Source of the DNA: Pirellulales bacterium
GTDB lineage: Bacteria; Planctomycetota; Planctomycetia; Pirellulales; PNKZ01
NCBI GenBank assembly: GCA_036268995.1
Contig: DATATB010000074.1
Span: 5,195-69,194 of the forward strand
Reading direction: 5' to 3'
Length of the DNA stretch: 64,000 nucleotides
A model generated the notes under the pieces. It ran no database searches. It had not been told where the DNA came from and saw only the letters and a program-made list of their open reading frames with translations. Each line of letters opens with the position of its first letter. The stretch's first letter is position 1. Both the position numbers and the translations under genes were made by a program. Shown in pieces: positions 45,272 to 53,809 of the stretch.

Positions 45272-45605
45272 GGGTTCCCTCCCAAGAAAGTGCACGATGT
45301 CTTTGATTGCCGGCAGTCCGATTCGCCGGCCTCAGCGCCGGATTATAACAGCGTCCGATTGTTACCCAACAGTTTTTCCACAAAAATTCGGGTTTTTGCT
45401 GCGCATGCAACGCTAGCCCGGCTAGCGGTTTATGTCGCGAAGCCGCGGCGAACTCCCACACGTGGCTTTGGCCGGCGTCTGAATTCGTACGCAACAGGGG
45501 TTCGAGGGTTCGGCGCCGAGGCGATTCCAAACTATTAGCGGGCAGCGGTTGGCTTATAATGGTGGTCTGGCCGCAGGTTCTCTGGAGGTGGCACGCGAAG
45601 GCCTC

Positions 45606-46208
45606 ATGCTCATGAATGCCAGCGGGTTGCCTGGCAGCGAGTCGGTTTCACTCAGCACGCTCCAGCGCTTGCGTTTAGGCGACTCGCGGGCTTGGACTCG
45701 CTTGACAACGATCTTTTCGCCGCTGGTATTTCATTGGGTCCTCAAATCCCAAGTGAACCGGCAGGACGCGCCCGACATCGTGCAAGAGGTGTTCAGCGTC
45801 GTGGCACAGCGCGTCGCCGAGTTTCGCCGCGATCAGCCGGGCGCGACTTTTCGCGGCTGGCTCTTTAGCATCACGCGGAACAAAGTGCTGGCGTATCGGC
45901 GGCGCAGCCGCACCACGGCGCAGCCGACGGGAGGTTCCGATGCCAGGCACTTTTTCGAGCAACTTTCCGAACCCGCGGAGCCAGATTTCGACGCGGACGA
46001 AGGCATTGAGTCGCTGTGTCAGCGGGCCATCGCATTTGTCCGCGAGGAATTCAGCGAAAGGGCGTGGCAAGCCTTTTCCCGCGTGGTGATCGACGATCAG
46101 CCGCCCGACGCGGTGGCCCGCGAACTGGAAATCAGCGTCAATTCGGTCTACCTGGCCAAGAGCCGGATTCTCCGCCGCTTGCGCCAGGAGATCGGCTCGT
46201 TGGAATAG
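45606..46208 (+). CDS. ECF-type sigma-70 family sigma factor
   Basis: Region 2 (DAPDIVQEVFSVVAQRVAEFRRDQPGATFRGWLFSITRNK) and region 4 (VARELEISVNSVYLAKSRILRRLRQE). Start at ATG 45606 or the track TTG 45549. Confidence 0.85.
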   Translation: MLMNASGLPGSESVSLSTLQRLRLGDSRAWTRLTTIFSPLVFHWVLKSQVNRQDAPDIVQEVFSVVAQRVAEFRRDQPGATFRGWLFSITRNKVLAYRRRSRTTAQPTGGSDARHFFEQLSEPAEPDFDADEGIESLCQRAIAFVREEFSERAWQAFSRVVIDDQPPDAVARELEISVNSVYLAKSRILRRLRQEIGSLE

Positions 46209-46305
46209 CCGCGGCCATAGATCCACAAGCCGGCCCGAGAGAAAATCGTGGCTCGGGGATATTATGTTATTGGAACCAACCTAATCTAAAGCTGGGTTCC
46301 TCGCA

Positions 46306-49194
46306 GTGGGTTGGCCGTCCATGAATCATCCAGCGCTAGACGCGGACCAACCGTTCGGATGTCCGACGATGGCCGAACTCGAGCGGTTTGGCCTGGGAGA
46401 CTTGCCGGACGAAACGCTGGAGACGATTGCGCAGCACGTGGCCTTTTGCGCCGCTTGCGAACAGAGGCTTGGCCGCCTGTCGTCGTGCGACGACCGGGTC
46501 ACGATGGCGCTGCGTGCCCAGGTCGCGCCGCCGGCCTACGACGAAGCCGAGCTGGCGCGCGTCGTCCGCCAAATCGACGAGGTGTCGCGGACGCCCGCCC
46601 CCCCTGCCGACGCCCAAGCGCCGGACGCATTGACCTCATCGATCGTCATCCAACCGATGCCACGGGAGATCGAGCCGCTGGTGCGGTCCTTGCTGGCCAG
46701 CGGCTTGATTGGGGCGGACGAATTGACACGCTTGCGCTCAAATCTTCCGTCCGCCGATCCCGGGCGCGAAGCCGAACAACTGGCGCTCGAATTGGTACGT
46801 TGCGGCAAGCTCACGCGCTACCAGGCGGCCGTGCTGTATCAGCAGCGGCGCGATCCGCTGGTGCTGGGAGAGTATGTCGTGCTCGATCGGATCGGCGCGG
46901 GCGGAATGGGTCAGGTGTTCAAAGCCCGGCACGGCCGCATGGATCGGCTGGTGGCGATCAAGCTAGTCAGCCCGAGCCTGGTCGACGCGCCCGAAGCGGT
47001 CGATCGGTTTCAGCGCGAGGTTCGCGCGGTTGCCCGGCTCGAGCATGCGAACATCGTGACCGCGTTCGATGCCGGCGAACTGGATGGCACGCCGTTCCTG
47101 GTGATGCAGCTTGTCGACGGCAGCGACCTGTCGTCAGTGGTCAAGCAACGCGGCCCACTGGCCGTCCCCGTCGCGATCGAGTGCATCCGGCAGGCAGCCA
47201 AGGGGCTGGCCTACGCGCATCGCAAGGGGGTGATTCACCGCGATGTTAAGCCATCGAACATGCTGCTGGACGCCGACGGCACGATCAAAATCTTGGACCT
47301 GGGCCTGGCACGCTTCGAGGACGCCGGCGACGGGCTGACGTGTTCCGACCAGGTGATGGGCTCGATCGACTACATGAGTCCCGAGCAAGCGGTCGACTCC
47401 AGGCAAGCCGATGCCCGCTCGGATATCTACAGTCTGGGCTGCACGCTGTGGCATCTGCTCTCGGGGCGGAAGCTCTACCAGGCGGACACGCCGGTCACGC
47501 GCATCTTGCGCCATCGCGAAGCGCCGATCCCTTCGCTTTGTCAGGAGCGCGATGACGTGCCTGCCGCGCTGGACGGGGTCTTTCGCAAGCTGGTCGCCAA
47601 GCAACCGGCCGACCGCTATCAATCGATGGACGAAGTCGCCGCAGCGCTGGAGCAGTTGCAGGCCCAAATCCCCTCGCAAGCCGGCCAGCGCTCGAAGATA
47701 TTGGCCGAATTGCACGCAGCCGCCGCGATCGCTGGCGGAAATCGCCCTGTCGAGCCGACAGCCGAAGTGAAAGGGCCGCCGCCGGCGATTGAGGCCACCG
47801 CGAGCTATGCGGCTGCTGAGGTCGAAACGGATCCCACAAGTGAATGGGTTGTCCCTCGGCTCGCGGAACAAGGTAAAGACGAACGGGAGCCGGTCCCGCA
47901 CGGCGCTCGCCGGCACAGGCCGCGCGGCATGCTGATGGCCGGCGCATCGCTGCTCGGGCTGATCGCGGTTCTGGGCTTGATCGTAGCGCTGCGCTTGCGC
48001 CCGGCGGAGCATGCGGCCGACGTGCGCAACCTCGCGGCGAGCCGCGACCGCAACGCAGCGGCTCCATCGAGCGCGTCCCCGCAACTCGCCGCGCTGACGC
48101 CTGGCGTTCGCCCCTCGCCGATTGATCCGCCCGACCCATTGGTCGCTCCCTTCGACGCCCAGCAAGCCCACGCCGGTCAGGAGGCCTGGGCCAAATACTT
48201 GAACACGGGCGTCGAGCAGACCAACTCGATCGGCATGACGCTGGTGCTGATCCCGCCCGGTGAGTTCATGATGGGCAGCGCGCCCGAGCAGGCCGCCGGG
48301 GGCGCGAAACTGGCCGAGGACGCCAAACTAACACCCAGTGACTACCTTTGGACACGGTTGAAAGAGGAAGGGCCACAACATCGGGTCGCGATCACGAAAC
48401 CCTACTGGCTTGGCGCGACGGAAGTGACGATCGGCCAGTTCAAGAAGTTTGTCGAGGCCACCGGGTACGTGACCGAGGCCGAGCAGTTCGGGTTCGGCAA
48501 TTCAAGCGCGACGAACGTGGATGACAAGGTGACGCCGGAAATGAAGAAGATAACCTGGCGCGCACCAGGCTACCCCGTTACCGACGATTCCCCGGTAACG
48601 CAAATCACCTGGAACGATTGCATCGTGTTCTGTAATTGGTTGAGCGAACAAGAAAAGTTGCAGCCCTGTTATCAGCAAGATGCCAACGCCGGCTGGGAAC
48701 TGAATGTAGCAGGCACACTCCGTGTGCCGTCGCCACGCAGCGAGGAAGGTCGCGACACACGGAGTGTGCCTACTACATTCGAAGATTTCGGCTACCGGCT
48801 ACCGACCGAAGCCGAGTGGGAATACGCCTGCCGCGCCGGCACGACGACGCAGTTTTCATTCGGCGACGATCCGGCCATGCTCGACATCTATGGGTGGTTC
48901 AATAAGAACGCCGGTGAAAGTGCCCATCCCGTGGGCTCGAAGGCCGCAAATCCATTTGGCCTGTTTGACATGCACGGCAACGTCTACGAGTGGTGCCACG
49001 ATTTCTACGCGGCGGACTACTACTCGAAGTCCCCGCCACGCGACCCAGTCGGCCCGTCTTCTGGTAGGTATCGCGTGAGCCGTGGCGGTTTCTGGTGCGT
49101 CTATCCGGTTTGCTGCCGCTCGGCGTTTCGCTACCCCTACAAGCCCGCCCTCCGACACGAGAGCTTCGGTTTTCGGGTGCTGCGGGGGAAATAG
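46306..49194 (+). CDS. Ser/Thr protein kinase with an N-terminal Cys-motif region, a TM and a C-terminal FGE/SUMF1-type domain
   Basis: N-terminal HVAFCAACEQRL. Kinase motifs GAGGMGQVFKA, HRDVKPSNMLL, DLGLAR and SPEQ. A TM (LMAGASLLGLIAVLGLIVAL). FGE-sulfatase domain (GMTLVLIPPGEFMMGS, RLPTEAEWEYACRAGT, GNVYEWCHD, RGGFW). Start at GTG 46306 or ATG 46321. Confidence 0.9.
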   Translation: MGWPSMNHPALDADQPFGCPTMAELERFGLGDLPDETLETIAQHVAFCAACEQRLGRLSSCDDRVTMALRAQVAPPAYDEAELARVVRQIDEVSRTPAPPADAQAPDALTSSIVIQPMPREIEPLVRSLLASGLIGADELTRLRSNLPSADPGREAEQLALELVRCGKLTRYQAAVLYQQRRDPLVLGEYVVLDRIGAGGMGQVFKARHGRMDRLVAIKLVSPSLVDAPEAVDRFQREVRAVARLEHANIVTAFDAGELDGTPFLVMQLVDGSDLSSVVKQRGPLAVPVAIECIRQAAKGLAYAHRKGVIHRDVKPSNMLLDADGTIKILDLGLARFEDAGDGLTCSDQVMGSIDYMSPEQAVDSRQADARSDIYSLGCTLWHLLSGRKLYQADTPVTRILRHREAPIPSLCQERDDVPAALDGVFRKLVAKQPADRYQSMDEVAAALEQLQAQIPSQAGQRSKILAELHAAAAIAGGNRPVEPTAEVKGPPPAIEATASYAAAEVETDPTSEWVVPRLAEQGKDEREPVPHGARRHRPRGMLMAGASLLGLIAVLGLIVALRLRPAEHAADVRNLAASRDRNAAAPSSASPQLAALTPGVRPSPIDPPDPLVAPFDAQQAHAGQEAWAKYLNTGVEQTNSIGMTLVLIPPGEFMMGSAPEQAAGGAKLAEDAKLTPSDYLWTRLKEEGPQHRVAITKPYWLGATEVTIGQFKKFVEATGYVTEAEQFGFGNSSATNVDDKVTPEMKKITWRAPGYPVTDDSPVTQITWNDCIVFCNWLSEQEKLQPCYQQDANAGWELNVAGTLRVPSPRSEEGRDTRSVPTTFEDFGYRLPTEAEWEYACRAGTTTQFSFGDDPAMLDIYGWFNKNAGESAHPVGSKAANPFGLFDMHGNVYEWCHDFYAADYYSKSPPRDPVGPSSGRYRVSRGGFWCVYPVCCRSAFRYPYKPALRHESFGFRVLRGK
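48706..48776. repeat. 71-bp GTAG...CTAC double-hairpin element embedded in frame inside the kinase-FGE gene
   Basis: GTAGCAGGCACACTCCGTGTG, a 29-nt spacer, then CACACGGAGTGTGCCTACTAC. The arms are 21 bp with 1 mismatch. This is the same 21/29/21 geometry as the intergenic element at 25708-25778. It translates as ..VAGTLRVPSPRSEEGRDTRSVPTT.. Confidence 0.85.
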
Positions 49195-49341
49195 CTTTCG
49201 CTTCTGGCCCAGTCGCCCCGCTCCCGGCTCGCGCCGCCGGTCTGGCTCCGAGAAACGCAAGTCGCGTGGCTCGAATGTGATGCAGCTTTCCCGAAAAATC
49301 GTGACAGGCTCGCGGAATAGATATAGGCGGAGGGGCATGCG

Positions 49342-49782
49342 ATGAACGAACCGATCCGCGAAGAGCTTTGGCGATCGGTGGCGCCGCTGCTGGCCGGGCA
49401 AAAAAAGGTCGGTGCCGGCAGGCCCAAGATCGACGACCGGCTGGTCCTGGGCGGGATTGTCTTTGTGCTGCGGACAGGAATCCCCTGGGCCCGCCTGCCT
49501 CGGCGGGCAGGCTTGGGCTCGGGCATGACCTGCCTGCGACGCTTGCGCGCCTGGCAGGCGGCGGGCCGCTGGCCGGAAATCGAGCAGTTGCTCAAACGAC
49601 ATCTCCCATTCGCCCAGGAAATCGACTGGCAGCGCGCGTACCACGACCGTCGACAACGACGCGGCGGCTTGCGGTCCCGCGCGGCCGCCATGCCGGCTCG
49701 GCCGAACCATTACGAGTTTCGCACCGATCGCCTGAGCACGTTGGCCCAAGGCCTGTTGGATAACTTCGAGGTCGTGCAATGA
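49342..49782 (+). pseudogene. truncated IS5-family (DUF4096-type N-terminus) transposase remnant
   Basis: ELWRSVAPLL..GRPKIDDRLVLGGIVFVLRTGIPWARLP...MTCLRRLRAWQAAGRWPEI matches the N-terminal region of IS5/IS4-type transposases. Similarity ends after IDWQRA..GG. No DDE domain is visible in any frame downstream. Confidence 0.6.
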
Positions 49783-50082
49783 TCCCGGAATCTTGCTCCG
49801 AAAATGACCAACGACAATCCGCTGCGATGCCGGCCCCGCAGCATGCGGGCGGCCGATCCGATCGCCCGAAACCGGTTTCGCGGGTCACGAGATCATCCGC
49901 GCTGGCCACGCTGCGCTTCCTGCTGGCCTGCCCTTTCCTGCTGGCAGGCATTGGACTGGTGCTGGCCGGCCGCATCCTTCTGGAGCGCGAAGACCGCCGC
50001 GGTTTTGACCGGCAATACTTCGGGCCAAGGGAGCAGCCGGCTTCGGACCGCTGACGCCGTCGAACCGATATCGTCGAAAACT

Positions 50083-51117
50083 TCAAAAACGGCCGTCGCG
50101 CGTCTCGAAGTGCGTGGGCTTGCCGTGGCGCTGGCCGCCGCGACGAATCCAGTCGGCAATCCACTGGAGCATCTGCTCGACGCCGACGTGCGGATATCCA
50201 AAGCGCGCGATGGCCCGGCCGCTGTTGCTCAGCAGGGCATCGCGCGCTTCCTGGCCGACGAAGTGAACCGGCTTGTCGAGCAGTTCGCCGAACTGCCGGC
50301 ACACGCGCCGCACGCTCAGCATTTCGGGCCCGGCCAGGTTCAAGACCAGCGGCGGCGTGCTGGCGTGCAGCAGGGCCAGCAGGGCCGCGGCGTTGGCGTC
50401 CTGTTGCCAGATGGCGTTGAAGTTGCCCATTGCCAGGTCGATCGTTTCGCCGCGGTCGACGCGCTCGGCCAGGTCCACGAGCACGCCGTAGCGCAGCTCG
50501 GTGGCGTAGTTCAAACGCAGAATGGCCAAGGGAAATCCCAGCGTGCGGCCAAAATGCTCGAACATCCGCTCGCGCCCCAGCGCGCTCATCGCGTATTCGC
50601 CCACCGGCCGCGGTTCGTCCTCTTCGCGCGAGCCGCCCTGCTCGATTGGCGTCAGCGGATAAACGTTGCCGGTACTGAAGGCCACGATCCGGCTGCCGCA
50701 GAAGCGCTCACAGATCAGGCCCGCCACAAAGGCGTTCATGGCCCAGGTCAGCGGCTCCTGGCCGGTCGAGCCGAATTTCATACCGGTCATCGAAACGATA
50801 TTCGGCGCCTCGGGCAGTTGAGCCAGTTGCCGCCGGTCGAGCAGATCGGCCCGAATTGTGACGACACCGTGGCGCTCGAGTGCCGGCTGTTGGGCCGGAT
50901 CGCTGAAGCGTGCCACGCCGATGACTTGCCGCCGCACGCCCGCCGCCTCGGAAGCCCGCACCGCCATCCGCGCCAGCGTCGGCCCCATCTTGCCGCTGGC
51001 GCCCAGCACCAGCACGTCCCCCTCGGTCTGCCGCATCGCCTCGACAACCGCGGGCGTGGGCCGGCTCAGTCGCTCTTCCAACGCCTCGACCGATTCAATG
51101 GCTGGCTCGATCGGCAT
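50083..51117 (-). CDS. NAD(P)-dependent epimerase/dehydratase (SDR) family protein
   Basis: Rossmann motif VLVLGASGKMGPTLA, with YAMSALGRE as a candidate catalytic YxxxK position (S/Y/K spacing not verified). Start at ATG 51117; the track ORF runs to 51186. Confidence 0.7.
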   Translation of the reverse strand: MPIEPAIESVEALEERLSRPTPAVVEAMRQTEGDVLVLGASGKMGPTLARMAVRASEAAGVRRQVIGVARFSDPAQQPALERHGVVTIRADLLDRRQLAQLPEAPNIVSMTGMKFGSTGQEPLTWAMNAFVAGLICERFCGSRIVAFSTGNVYPLTPIEQGGSREEDEPRPVGEYAMSALGRERMFEHFGRTLGFPLAILRLNYATELRYGVLVDLAERVDRGETIDLAMGNFNAIWQQDANAAALLALLHASTPPLVLNLAGPEMLSVRRVCRQFGELLDKPVHFVGQEARDALLSNSGRAIARFGYPHVGVEQMLQWIADWIRRGGQRHGKPTHFETRDGRF

Positions 51118-51242
51118 CAACGATACTCCGCCGGCGTACAGGCTATTAACCTGGCCAACCTTAATCTCCGTTCGAGCCGGCTGCAAACGTTACGCCCAAG
51201 AGCGCCTTGCATACCGACGCGGTCGAGATCGCGGCGCATGGT

Positions 51243-53450
51243 CTAGTCGGTGAGTAGCCGGTCGCCGGCCATCCGCCCCAGGCGATGGATGGGCGTGAAT
51301 CCGACTTGGACGGCAGAGCGGCCGCTCGACGTCGTTCGGTAGACATCCGAGAAGGCCATCCGCCCAGTGGGCCGGCTCGACTGGTAGAAGAGTCCCACCC
51401 TGCCGTTGCTTTGCGGCAATTGGTCGGTAGGCAGGTAGCTCATAATGAAGCCGTCGACGAAACCCAGAATCCAGCGGTCGGTCCGGAGCAATCGTACTTG
51501 TACTGCCGGTCGATCCTGCAGGACCACGTTATGGAACAACATGGGCGAAAGCTTGCCGTCGCGCATCACGTGCCAATACCAACGCCCTTCGCGGAACGTC
51601 AACATGCCGTAATCGCGTTCTCCCTGGTAGTCGAAGAGCATTCCGCCGGTGCCGCTATTCGCTAATTTGAGATCGAGCTGGACCATGGTGTCCGCTGGCT
51701 TGCTGACGACAAAGCCTGTCCCTTCCTTGAGATCGCCAGTCGGTGGCTCGCTGTACAGACCCTCGGAAGTTTTCCTGAAGCGCGTGTTGTGCAATTGAAA
51801 CTCGACCGGCTCGCATCGCCCGCTTGTCCCAGGCGATTGAGCGATGGTTCCCAGATAGGCGACATCGTCGATGGCGTGCAGATACAGGCGGGTTGCTTCC
51901 GCTGGCGCCAAGAGATAGTGCCGCGACAGCGCCAAATCGACGCCGGCGGCTTTGGTCCATTCCAGGGAGTCGGGCTCGCCTGGTTTAAGAGGCGGCAGCG
52001 TCCCGCCATAGGCGTATTCGGGGTGGCTGCTGAGAAACTTATGTGCCTTGTGGATAACGTCGTGGGCCAGCCGCGCGCTGGCCGGGACGTGCGCGCTGGC
52101 GAACGCCTCGACTCGCAACGTGTTGCCGGCACCAAGAACCACGAGATAGCCGGCCAGGGCCATCGCCGCGATTCGCCCCACCATCGACCTGGACGATCGC
52201 AGGGCATACAGCCCCCAACCTAGCAGCAACGCGACAAAAAAGTTGGCGATTCCATAGTAATACGTGGCCTCTTCCAAGTAGTTCATTCCCCGCATGGCCC
52301 CGCGCAGCAGCCCAACTCCGAAGATCAGCCCGAACAGGCCGAGTATCGCGGTCAGCCCAATGCCGTACATCGCCTGATCGCGGTTTCTGCGCAGGTTTCT
52401 GAGGCACCATGCCGCGGCGCAAAACAGCGCAAGAATGAGCCCGCCGCCGAGCCACTCGTTGGCCACGCCATGGATCGGGATGCCTAACATGCCGGATGGT
52501 GTTTGAATCGCCCCCGACCATGGCCCAGCGAGGGTCGCGGTGACCAGTGCCGCGGCGTACTGCAAGACCTCATGAATGTTCGACCAATGCAGTTGCCGAT
52601 CTTGGGCGTGAAACAATGGGCCAGGCTGATACCAGGCATAATCGGCCGCGTCGAGCAGGAAATAGAGCGATATGGCTGCCAACAGAGGACGTACCCAGCG
52701 GCGCGAATCAATGGCCAATGGAGCGGATTCCGCCGCCAGTGGCCGCCAAAAATGCGTGACTGCCAAGGCGGGTAACAGCGCGCACTCGACGACGAGGGCG
52801 ATCTCGTGGAACAGCGCTGCCGCCAGCAGCGAGGCCGCTGTGACCAGCATGCTCGAGCGCTGGGACCGCGAAACCAGCAGTCGCCGCAGCCCGATCGCCA
52901 AAAAAGCCGGCGCGAACAAGTAGCCAGAAATATGCCGCCAGGCAATCAACTCGACGCCCGTGAATTGGATGAGGTAGACCGAGGCCGCGAGAATCGCCCA
53001 ACCTCGTGGCAACACGACCGAAAGCAGCCGGTAGCAACAGAACCCGGCAAACGCCTGAAACACGAAGCTGAGAAAGCCGACCGCAGCTCGGTTTTCTCGC
53101 AGGACAATGTCTTCTAGCGCCAAAACGCCGAGAGTCAGTGGCCGGAAGATGTAATGGTCGCCCTGGGCGATGAAACGTGCCCGCGATAAGGATTTGACGT
53201 GCAGAAACCAATCCCAATCGGATCCGACGAGGCCGCGCTCGGCAATGACGGACGGATGATCACGCTTCGGCAGGTCGTACAGATAGTTGCGGTAAACGAG
53301 CGACGTAAAAGCTAAAAAACCGACAAAAATCAGCAGCAGGGAGCGCCAATCGTCTCGCCCATAGCCGGCTTCGGCGCCCCGCTCGTTCATTTGGCCGGTT
53401 TGGGCACGGAACTGCCGCGGCTTCGAGCTCGGTGCAAGTAAAACAGACAT
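51243..53450 (-). CDS. large polytopic membrane protein with a C-terminal extracytoplasmic beta-rich domain (possible GT-C-like)
   Basis: 735 aa. About 12 hydrophobic segments lie in the first roughly 450 aa. The C-terminal roughly 250 aa are soluble (...FREGRWYWHVMRDGKL...RVGLFYQSS...), LamG/DUF1080-like by eye. No catalytic motif identified. Confidence 0.55.
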   Translation of the reverse strand: MSVLLAPSSKPRQFRAQTGQMNERGAEAGYGRDDWRSLLLIFVGFLAFTSLVYRNYLYDLPKRDHPSVIAERGLVGSDWDWFLHVKSLSRARFIAQGDHYIFRPLTLGVLALEDIVLRENRAAVGFLSFVFQAFAGFCCYRLLSVVLPRGWAILAASVYLIQFTGVELIAWRHISGYLFAPAFLAIGLRRLLVSRSQRSSMLVTAASLLAAALFHEIALVVECALLPALAVTHFWRPLAAESAPLAIDSRRWVRPLLAAISLYFLLDAADYAWYQPGPLFHAQDRQLHWSNIHEVLQYAAALVTATLAGPWSGAIQTPSGMLGIPIHGVANEWLGGGLILALFCAAAWCLRNLRRNRDQAMYGIGLTAILGLFGLIFGVGLLRGAMRGMNYLEEATYYYGIANFFVALLLGWGLYALRSSRSMVGRIAAMALAGYLVVLGAGNTLRVEAFASAHVPASARLAHDVIHKAHKFLSSHPEYAYGGTLPPLKPGEPDSLEWTKAAGVDLALSRHYLLAPAEATRLYLHAIDDVAYLGTIAQSPGTSGRCEPVEFQLHNTRFRKTSEGLYSEPPTGDLKEGTGFVVSKPADTMVQLDLKLANSGTGGMLFDYQGERDYGMLTFREGRWYWHVMRDGKLSPMLFHNVVLQDRPAVQVRLLRTDRWILGFVDGFIMSYLPTDQLPQSNGRVGLFYQSSRPTGRMAFSDVYRTTSSGRSAVQVGFTPIHRLGRMAGDRLLTD

Positions 53451-53809
53451 TTCATGAGCTCCTGCCGGAAACTTTGCCCCCCGGGAGCCTTATATCGAAT
53501 GCATTCACTTACGCTCAATCCCAGTCTTTTACTGGCCGTTGCCATGCATGTTTTCGCATCATCGGCCACTGCGCCCCGTCGCTAGCAACCCCGCCCTGCT
53601 CTGCCAGCCGATTCGTCACCGTGCCGGATGGCGTTCGCAGGCCACACGACGTTTGGGGGGGCATTGGTCCGGAGTTCTACTCATTGAAAACTCGGGGCCG
53701 ATCGGCCAAGCTTAAGCCGCGCGAACAAGCGGTAGACGCGGCGAAGGGGGTTTCGAGGCCTCCGGCCGGCTGGTCGCGGTCGAGTGGAACCCATATTTAA
53801 AGGTCCGGC

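Noticed and set aside
43760-45538. 592-aa plus-strand ORF overlapping the PQQ-like gene and the RpoA-CTD-like gene
   Set aside because: It is an alternative frame of a supported CDS with an extreme Arg/Gly/Ala composition. No motifs.
45555-45560. Perfect TATAAT hexamer just upstream of the ECF sigma gene
   Set aside because: No acceptable -35 element (TTGACA-like) lies 16-18 nt upstream. The hexamer also falls inside the alternative TTG-initiated reading frame. ECF genes are usually driven by ECF-type promoters, so it is noted but not called.
49804-51246. 480-aa plus-strand ORF
   Set aside because: It is mostly antisense to the SDR epimerase/dehydratase gene, which has a clean Rossmann motif. 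The translated sequence is Arg/Ala/Gly/Gln-rich with no domain signature.
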